Below, one piece after another: positions 21,765 through 29,256 of a DNA stretch of 29,256 nucleotides. The notes below the pieces were generated by a model that had not been told where the DNA came from, ran no database searches, and saw nothing but the letters and a program-made list of their open reading frames with translations. A program made the translations under genes and the position numbers. Location of the stretch: assembly GCA_002269645.1 (NCBI GenBank), contig NIVC01004991.1:1-29256 (forward strand). The letters run 5' to 3'. Numbering within the stretch: position 1 is the stretch's first letter; each line of letters opens with the position of its first letter. Source of the stretch: Macrostomum lignano. Lineage: Eukaryota.

Positions 21765-22575
21765 TTCCAATTCTAATTCAAATTATATATTCTATTCTTA
21801 ACATTAACTAGAGATGTTCCAAAATTTTGATTTAAATTTAAATTTTCTAAAATTTGCATTTTTAAAGCAAATTTTAATTTCTAAATAATTTGGAAATCAA
21901 AATTTTAGAAGTGCCTACTTCCAAACTTCTTATCTGATGTTAGTTTTTTTAGAACTTTGTTACTGCTTTCATTAGTGATATTATTACATTTTTTACATGT
22001 AAAACTATTTGAATTTGTTAAAACTGTTCCATACATATAGAACATACATATAGGGCTGTATGCAGAAAGCTCTGTCTAGGGTAGTCCGGTCTTGAAAAGC
22101 TAGTCTGGACTTGGATTTGGTATGCAGAAATGCAAAGTTAGACCGGTCTACTATAGCAGAACTAGGGTAGCTGGACCATAGACTATAGACTGAACTACCC
22201 AAGTCTGGACTAGCTAGTCTAGACTAAGCTTTCTGCATACGACCCATAGTTTGTGGAACTGTAAATTTTTCAATTCTAATTCAAATTATATATTCTATTC
22301 TTGACATTAACTAGAGATGTTCTAAAATTTCCATTTAAATTTAAATTTTCTAAAAGTTGCATTTTTGAAGCAAATTTTAATTTCTAAAGAATTTGGAAAT
22401 CAAAATTTTAGAAGTGCCTACTTCCAAACTTCTTATCTGATGTTAGTTTTTTTAGAACTTCATTACTGCTTTTATTGGTGATATTATTACATTTTTTACA
22501 TGTAAAACTATTTGAATTTGTTAAAACTGTTCCATACATATAGAACATACATATAGTTTGTGGAACTAAATTTTT
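21765..22575. repeat. Local tandem duplication of a ~305-bp intronic segment (copy 1 about 21765-22267 including a MITE; copy 2 about 22268-22575)
   Basis: Near-identical sequence from caattctaattcaaattatatattc to atagtttgtggaact; about 9 differing sites by eye. Confidence 0.95.
22053..22245. mobile_element. 193-bp MITE with a 3-bp TSD (PIF/Harbinger-Tourist-like)
   Basis: GGGCTGTATGCAGAAAGCT versus the reverse complement of the right end, GGGTCGTATGCAGAAAGCT: 17 of 19 identical. ATA duplicated at 22050-22052 and 22246-22248. The empty site is preserved in duplicate copy 2. Confidence 0.92.
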
Positions 22576-24336
22576 GTAAATTTTGTTGCACTTTAAAGCT
22601 GTAAAAGCATCTGCTGATATATTGCACATTTTTGCATAATACAATACAATAATGCATATGTACATTTACCATACATGTACATGCATTATTGTTTACACAA
22701 TCTCAGTTTATTGCTAGTCATGCAGTGATACATGTATATTTTAACTAAATTTTATACATGTACAACTGAGTACACGTAGTTTTTGCATTGAAAAAAGTTT
22801 TTGCATTTAAAGTGGCAATGAGGGATTCTACTTATTTAGTGGCTAAAAAAACTAACTTCTGCTAAACATACATATATTTTGTTTTGCATGAGCAGTAAAT
22901 TTAAAGTAAAAAAGTGAGTGTTGGTTGTACTAAACTTTGTTTTTCTGAATTTTGATTTCAACTATATAGCTGCAGTATTAATTAATTATTTAAAATTGTA
23001 TTAATTTGACAAATAAATAAAATACAACTTAAGAAAAGAAAATTAAGCAATTATTTATACCTATTAAGAAGATAGTATAAAGGGGTTCTATAGTGCCAGC
23101 TGGTTATTAGGGATTGCTAATTGAGTTTGTTGATAGATGGGACCTAGTGCTATAGTATAGTTAGTCTATAGTGCTGTGGGTGATATTGCTAGTATATGTA
23201 TCTTAGCTACACAAATGATCTGATTGGATAGCTGTCTATGAGCCCATGTTGGCATAGTGTAGATTGGTTTTTTATAAGATATTATGTCATTTTTGGGAAC
23301 AGTAAGGCTGCTAATGGGTTAGCTACATTTATTATATAATAGCAACAGCAATGCAATGAGATTAAGAAGTAATGATAGTAGATAGTGGATAATAGTGCTT
23401 TCAGGCATCTCTATTAATAGCATAAAAGCATGTAAAACATTCACAAAGAGGCTGCTCAACATCTCATTGGACTATTTGTGGAAGGGTTTTTGTTGGTTAG
23501 TGAATAAGAGCAAGGCAATGGTTCTTTTAGTAGGATAATTAATGGAAATTAGATTGGGGATTCAAACAAAGAAAAAGAAGAGGCATGATTTGTATCATTG
23601 TCATCATCACCATATATTTATAGATTTGTAAACGGTTTCTAGAGTTTTCTAGAAAGATTGAATGCATCCTAACAAACTGGTTTTGACTTTTAGAAATCTA
23701 ACGAAATTTTGAAAAAGTTATTAAAGTATGATATAGTAGCAGTATTCATAGAATATTTACTATGTACTAACAAGGCATTTAGGAACAATAGTCTATAATT
23801 TCTCAGTAATATTGAGTATCTATTTATTTATTAATATAAATAAGAGCTTATCTAAGCCATATAATAATAGGCTCTTAGCATAAAAAATGTTTGCTAAACA
23901 AATATTAAAAAATAAAATAATTTAATTATTGCCATTAGTATTTTTTGTCCATTTTTTAAATCTTGTTATTCTGTTTGAATATATAAAGTATATATAAATT
24001 TCAAAACTGTACACAGAATCTTGTTTCAAGCACAAAGAATTGTTATTTGAGCAAATAAAAATCTAAGTTATTTTAACTGGACTCTAAGCTACAATACTAT
24101 ATAACCTCCTGAGTAAATAGTCTTGTCTTCTCTGAACTTTGTCATGCTAATAAATATTTTTATAATTTAATTTTTGTTTTAATACCAAGGGTAAGATGAT
24201 AGTGTATCATCTTTAACATGTATATATATACTCTTAACAGATTCTAAAATAGTATTTCCTCAATTCAAGACAAAAAATTCAAAGTAGAATACAAACAAAA
24301 TACAAATTTTAAATAAAAAATACCTCTCATTAATAG

Positions 24337-24409
24337 GACTTGGACTTAGACAAAGCAGCACTGAACAAGGTTCGCAAATCAGTGAAAGCTGTTTATGGAT
24401 CTGGAAAAT
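24337..24409 (+). CDS. ASAP1: ASAP coding exon 2
   Basis: tAG then DLDLDKAALNKVRKSVKAVYGSGK plus T, then GTAAGT at 24410. Resembles ALDQDRTALQKVKKSVKAIYNSG. Not in the ORF track. Confidence 0.92.
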
Positions 24410-24487
24410 GTAAGTTATATTTTGTAATTTAACTACTGGCATTATTTCTCGCATAGTAACACTTGCACCCCTGTCTTGCACCTGCAG

Positions 24488-24633
24488 CGCACATTCAAAG
24501 CGAAAGCGATCTGTCTAATTTGCTAGCCGAGCTGGGCAACTATGCCATCGACGAGGGCGCCGACTCTGTTGGCAGCGCGCTGTCCAAATTCTCTGTTGTT
24601 ACCAAGGAAACGAATTCTTATTTTGCTAATTTG
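24488..24633 (+). CDS. ASAP1: ASAP coding exon 3
   Basis: cAG then (S)HIQSESDLSNLLAELGNYAIDEGADSVGSALSKFSVVTKETNSYFANL, then GTATGC at 24634. Phase matches exon 2. Confidence 0.92.
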
Positions 24634-24678
24634 GTATGCTCTGCTGCTGGCGGTTGATGTCACTTTTTTAGTGTTTCT

Positions 24679-24725
24679 TAGATGGATATATATATAGATA
24701 GATAGATAGAAGGATAGATAGATAA

Positions 24726-24775
<50 letters not shown>

Positions 24776-24781
24776 TGATAA

Positions 24782-24870
<89 letters not shown>

Positions 24871-24917
24871 AGGATTAGAAGGGTAGATAGATAGATGGAT
24901 GGATAGATAGATAGATG

Positions 24918-24982
<65 letters not shown>
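24679..24982. repeat. (GATA)n microsatellite, about 300 bp, filling most of ASAP intron 3
   Basis: Directly visible, with a few GGAT/GAAG/AATA interruptions. Confidence 0.98.
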
Positions 24983-25051
24983 GTTCATTGAAAGAAAAAC
25001 AATGATGAAACTCAACAAACCGAAAAATCATTAACCCGCCCCCTCCACCAG

Positions 25052-25243
25052 ATGCAAAACCTGTCCAACATAGTGCTAAGCCCGTTGGAAACTTTCATCA
25101 AAGTGGAAATGAAGTCCGACATGAAGAAAGGCTTCGACAAGGCATTGAAAGAATACGAATCAAAATTCGACAAGATTCGTAAAGAAAAGATTCAAGCCGC
25201 TAAAGAGGCTGGTCACACCAAGACAGACGTGTCAATGACCGAG
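25052..25243 (+). CDS. ASAP1: ASAP coding exon 4
   Basis: cAG then MQNLSNIVLSPLETFIKVEMKSDMKKGFDKALKEYESKFDKIRKEK...SMTE, then GTAAAC at 25244. Resembles GDLKKPFDKAWKDYETKFTKIEKEK. Confidence 0.93.
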
Positions 25244-25299
25244 GTAAACAATAGATTGGACCCATTTGTCTATTTTCTTGACTTAGAAATTGAAGCTAG

Positions 25300-25620
25300 T
25301 CAATAAAAGTAGATTAATATCCACTGAATATCGACATCGTCTCACAGCAACCAGGGCTGAAGCAATGCTGCCCATTCTACCGATCTTAAGCACATTCTTG
25401 AGCACGCGCTCACACACACGCTCACATAAGGTGTACAACAGCTCCGGCTTTCTAATCGTTCAAGGCGTGTACACTCTCTGTGCTTTGGCGGTTGGCCCAA
25501 ATTTGCTGTGAATCGCACGGCAACACTAATCTCCATTTTCTTACACACAAGCCCCGTATAAATGTGGGCCGCTCACAGAATCGAACCACGGGCCGTGTTG
25601 CAAGAGACTCAGACTCGTTT
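25300..25620 (-). mobile_element. Candidate tRNA-derived SINE, family B, in ASAP intron 4
   Basis: GC-richer block. The minus strand begins GTCTCTTGCAACACGGCCCGTGGTTCGATTC, similar to the family A head GACTCGCAAC...GGTTCGATTC with a B-box. No A-box and no second copy in the window. Confidence 0.45.
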
Positions 25621-25823
25621 ATTGAAATAAAAAAGACAAAAGCAAAGACAAACATTTAATTAATATTCATTCTTCTTAGACAACTGCTATATAAGTTCCG
25701 TGCTTAAAAAATAATTCTAGTTGTATATATGTGCACTCTAAACATGAAAACTTTATTAATATCTATAACTTGCTTACTATAAAATGAAATGATCCGATAC
25801 TAAAAAAAAACACTGCCTTGCAG

Positions 25824-25877
25824 ATTCAAGAGGAACTTGAACGGGAACGGCGGTCCTTGCAGCTGCAACTGTGCGAG
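25824..25877 (+). CDS. ASAP1: ASAP coding exon 5
   Basis: ttgcAG then IQEELERERRSLQLQLCE, then GTTTGT at 25878. Resembles IAEEMEKERRLFQLQMCE. Not in the ORF track. Confidence 0.9.
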
Positions 25878-26529
25878 GTTTGTTCTAGTTTAATAAAACA
25901 TACCTGTTACTGTTTCTTGATACTTTTGTTCACCTCTATCAAACGCTGTTTTTTAAATACTAGAGATAATATACAGCATAGTTCTAAATAAGTGTTTTTT
26001 CACTCTGCTCATTTTTTTCTCGCAATATGGTCCAAGAAACGGGTCTATGCAGGTTTATTTTGCGTGCAAGTAAATTGCTTTGGACAGACAGATAATAATA
26101 GTAGTAGGAATAATAAGAATGCCAGCCACAATAATGTAAAATATCCAATAAGAATGGTAAGTAAGTTTGTTACTCAGTTTAGAAAGAGTAGATATAATAC
26201 AGGATCGAGTGGTCTCTCGAGTTGCTATGGGAATGAGGAAAAATAAGAGATATTTGTACAGAAAAAATAGTCGACAAAGCAAATTATTAAAAGCAGAGCG
26301 GCACCGAGTGTACGATAAAAATATGTGCTTTTATACATTGGTTGTAACTTGGCAGGTTGCTTTATTCTCAGATCATCAAAAGTTCGGGCCCGTTAGGCGT
26401 GGAAGCTAGATTGGCATTGAGACGGAGAGTGTATGCGTATACAATAATAATAATATAAATTGCAGACAAGCTGGTCTGGCGTTTGATAAGAAGCTGCCTA
26501 TTGATATTGCAATAATATTAATTTAGATC

Positions 26530-26715
26530 TTAGAATAATAATAATAATAATGGATTAGAATGTGGAGCTGCTTTACCGAAAGAAATGTCGTTATAGAATG
26601 CAAGATATTGTGTGCTCAAAATGGATCTCACATGCATCTGTCTCGTCTTCTTGTTGCGTCTTTCGAATGTGTCGAATGTCTCTGTCTGCATTATGTTAGA
26701 TGAATTATTTAACAT
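26530..26715 (-). CDS. Putative 61-aa orphan ORF (ORF C)
   Basis: ATG 2 nt after the ORF B stop; MLNNSSNIMQTETFDTFERRNKKTRQMHV...; ends in a (TTA)n run. Could be 3' UTR only. Confidence 0.25.
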   Translation of the reverse strand: MLNNSSNIMQTETFDTFERRNKKTRQMHVRSILSTQYLAFYNDISFGKAAPHSNPLLLLLF

Positions 26716-26717
26716 TA

Positions 26718-27794
26718 TTAAATAAACTCCGTACCCTCTAGCGGTGTGTCGAATACGCGGACCATTTGGTAGCACTTTGGTCGCCTAACATTGCCGCCTC
26801 CTACGTGTAGAATCTGGGCCTTGCCTTTTGATAATCGGCGCTTACCGATTCGTCTGCCAGTTTTATTTCCAGGCCGGCGTTGCCTTGTCGCCGATCTAGC
26901 GGAGCTTGCATTAGTTTGGCTTCCAGTTGCAACAGCAGCCTCTTGCGTTGGTACTATTGGAAGTTGTTCGTCTTCATCGGCGTCTTCTATCGTTTCGAAT
27001 GCCGTATCGGTTGTTGTTGTTATTGGCGCAATTGGTTTGTTTGTCGCTGTCCGTGTTCTTGCTGCTTTTACTTCTGCTTCTGCTGCTTGGCGTTTGAGGT
27101 CCTCTAAAATGCGGCTGTAGATATCGGCTAGAGCTGCATCCGCTGCGTTGCCTTCTAGTACGCTGCGCTCTCTTAACTGAGCAATCTGGTTTGCTAGCGT
27201 CTCTGCTACGTCTTCGTTCACATTTTGGTGGTCCTGTTCGACTTCTTGTGCCGCCTGCCAGTGCTGGGCTTCCTGTTCCAGCTCGTCTAGTCCGACTTTG
27301 TCTTCCGCTTCGGAAACTGACTCGCACCGGATTAAGTCGTGCTCCGCAGCTATCTCATCCTCCTGCTCGGTCTCTTCGTTAGCGACGAATTTCTCTTCGT
27401 TGGCGTCTTCTGTTAGATTTTTGCGCGGGCGTCGCTTGATCTTGACGAAGCTGACGTGGCCGGGTTTAACTGAATCGCACAGTTGAGGACTGTCGCCTTC
27501 GTTGACGAACAGATACGGGCTGTCCGAGACAGATACTAGTTGTTCAACTTGCTGCTGCTGCTGCTGGTTGGCGTCGGACGATATGTTTATATTGCTAGCA
27601 TTTTTAGCATTACGACGAGCGTCGCGGTTTTTGTTGTGCTTCAACAGGGCTTGCGGATCGGCGGTTGGCGGCTTGCCTAGTCTCAGGTTTAGGTAAACGC
27701 TCTTGATGTCAGCAAGTTTCTCCATCTCGCTACGGATCATGTAGTTTGACGCTTTCTCGCTCCGATTCAGGTCCAGGATTACTCCCAACCGCAC
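26718..27794 (-). CDS. Orphan ORF B (acidic middle, basic Arg/Lys-rich tail); first ATG at 27740, or the frameshifted continuation of ORF A
   Basis: Frame open from 27842 to 26718; GC/CpG-rich with coding-like composition; the annotated start is GTG. No family recognised. Confidence 0.7.
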   Translation of the reverse strand: MRLGVILDLNRSEKASNYMIRSEMEKLADIKSVYLNLRLGKPPTADPQALLKHNKNRDARRNAKNASNINISSDANQQQQQQVEQLVSVSDSPYLFVNEGDSPQLCDSVKPGHVSFVKIKRRPRKNLTEDANEEKFVANEETEQEDEIAAEHDLIRCESVSEAEDKVGLDELEQEAQHWQAAQEVEQDHQNVNEDVAETLANQIAQLRERSVLEGNAADAALADIYSRILEDLKRQAAEAEVKAARTRTATNKPIAPITTTTDTAFETIEDADEDEQLPIVPTQEAAVATGSQTNASSARSATRQRRPGNKTGRRIGKRRLSKGKAQILHVGGGNVRRPKCYQMVRVFDTPLEGTEFI

Positions 27795-29017
27795 GTCTGC
27801 GAACGTGTTCTGAAGATTGGATTTAGTTGGAAGTCGATCTCGTCATCAAAGCTATATGGCGGAAATTCAGCTTCCAAAAAGCGAATCAGCTGTCTGCTGT
27901 GCAACAAGACGTGATATAAAATTCCAATCAGTCGCTTTATAGTCCTAGCTAGAATAAGACGCTTGTTATTTGCCTTCTTAGTCGGATCAACGTGCGCATG
28001 TTTCTGCTTTTTATCGCCCTTCTGCATCTTATTTAACTTGTCAATATTGTCGAATTGCTGCTGTAGCAGATTTAACAGTAGCACGGCAGCGTTGCGCGCG
28101 TCGCGATTCTGCATTTCCACCAGCTTTTTCTTGGCCTTGACCGCATCCGGTGGCAAATTGTTGCCTCCTTTGCCTTTCTTCTTTTTGGGCGGCGGTTCAA
28201 TTACAAATAAGCCGCGCTTGATGTACACGTCTACAGTGTCTAGTAGCGGTTGTAAAGGCGTCTTGTTAGCCACTTTGGCGCCAGTTTTCAGCGCGTGCAG
28301 CAGCACTCTAGTGGCTTCGGACGCATACGGCCCTGGGTCAGAGGCCGAGTTCTTGCCTTTCTTAGCCGCGGCGGCATTGTTATTAGCGTTGGCGCCGGGG
28401 TCCTCAGCCTCGTAGCCCGCATCGTAGTCTTGAGCTTGGGCCATCACAATCTGCGGATTATAACCGTCGGCAATCATCTCTTTGATACAATTTCGAACCT
28501 CTTCGTAGCGCACTCTGGTCTGCTGATAGCTGGCGTAATCTTCGGCGATTTCCATTAACGATTTCGTGCCAATCATTCGAGCACCGTGCGGCAGGTTATC
28601 CACTTCGATTAGTCCGGTTTGAACGCGTTGATTTTCATTTTTCGGATTAACAATCGACATTGGCAAGCGTTGGAATTTGTAAAACGCCGGATCAAAAGTC
28701 ATGTTATGTACGAGGCGAGCTAGCGGCAACAATGGTCGTTCGTTCATCAGCCACAGACAGTAATCTAACCAGTCCGTGAAGTAGTAGGCTCGACGTTCGT
28801 ATCTCCGTCTTGCTGGCATGCAGATTGGCTCTAGTGCCTCCCACTTGTTCATTAGCATGTCGGGCACGTATTCGTAGCAACCGCTTCGTAGAACGATCAC
28901 CGACAGCGGGTAGGCGTGAAAATCTCCAGTGACCGTGTCTTGGACGTGAGTGGCGTACTGCGGCTCCTTCAACGTGTAAAGCGCATCTCCTATGGGATCT
29001 CGATAAGCCAGAGCCAT
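27779..29017 (-). CDS. Orphan ORF A (412 aa from ATG 29017), antisense within the presumed ASAP intron 5
   Basis: AAAATGG Kozak context at 29017, and a possible in-frame acceptor CAG at 29035-29033. Globular-looking N-terminal half, NLS-like PPPKKKKGK, helical C-terminal part. No family recognised. Confidence 0.8.
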   Translation of the reverse strand: MALAYRDPIGDALYTLKEPQYATHVQDTVTGDFHAYPLSVIVLRSGCYEYVPDMLMNKWEALEPICMPARRRYERRAYYFTDWLDYCLWLMNERPLLPLARLVHNMTFDPAFYKFQRLPMSIVNPKNENQRVQTGLIEVDNLPHGARMIGTKSLMEIAEDYASYQQTRVRYEEVRNCIKEMIADGYNPQIVMAQAQDYDAGYEAEDPGANANNNAAAAKKGKNSASDPGPYASEATRVLLHALKTGAKVANKTPLQPLLDTVDVYIKRGLFVIEPPPKKKKGKGGNNLPPDAVKAKKKLVEMQNRDARNAAVLLLNLLQQQFDNIDKLNKMQKGDKKQKHAHVDPTKKANNKRLILARTIKRLIGILYHVLLHSRQLIRFLEAEFPPYSFDDEIDFQLNPIFRTRSQTCGWE

Positions 29018-29256
29018 TTTCACCACGTCGACCTGTGATTATTGGGGAATTGCAGTTGTGAATATTTTAATTTAGACTTTGATATCGAGTTAGTTACCTG
29101 TGTTAACAACTATTCAATTATCGTGAGTGTCAATAATGACCTACTTGTCAATAAGTTTATTTCCATGACACCCCATTCTCTCTATCTTATGCTCCTCGAT
29201 TCAATAGATGATTAAATTTAAGTTTTAAAAAGAGACTTACACTCTTCAGATAGAAG

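Noticed and set aside
24678-25031. 117-aa (IYLS)n ORF
   Set aside because: Translation of the (GATA)n microsatellite.
26055-26338. Small hydrophobic minus-strand ORFs (37 aa from ATG 26338; 75 aa from a TTG start) as viral membrane proteins
   Set aside because: AT-rich DNA gives hydrophobic peptides by chance; they are short, one lacks an ATG, and there is no other support.
27797-27804. 8-nt GTTCGCAG intron that would fuse ORFs A and B
   Set aside because: Far below the minimum spliceosomal intron size.
26791-28558. Plus-strand and alternative-frame ORFs over ORFs A/B
   Set aside because: Shadows of GC-rich coding DNA; none resembles ASAP.
25878-29256. ASAP exon 6 (expected YLIKVNEIKTKKG-like peptide)
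   Set aside because: No matching peptide behind an AG was found by eye; presumed to lie beyond the window.

Overview
AT-rich, intron-containing animal (invertebrate-like) genomic DNA; this is not a prokaryotic window, so the TTG/GTG starts in the ORF track mostly do not apply. From left to right: (1) the 3' four coding exons of a selenophosphate synthetase (SEPHS/SelD) gene (+), followed about 930 nt after the stop by a candidate type-II SECIS that has a competing alternative pairing; (2) a tandem trio of intronless paralogues encoding a C-x4-C-x15-C-x2-H putative zinc finger, a coiled coil and an NHL-like beta-propeller (copy 1 has a one-base frameshift in an A run, copy 2 is intact, copy 3 is truncated); (3) the first five coding exons of an ASAP-family ArfGAP (BAR domain region, +); (4) after ASAP exon 5, probably in intron 5, a compact GC/CpG-rich antisense block of unrecognised ORFs (412 aa, up to 358 aa and 61 aa; the first two may be one frameshifted gene of about 766 aa). 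Introns and intergenic DNA hold tRNA-derived SINEs, several MITE/TIR elements with readable target-site duplications, an internally deleted Tc1/IS630-like element, 33-bp and 24-bp minisatellites and a (GATA)n tract. All homology calls come from recalled family sequences; no database search was run.
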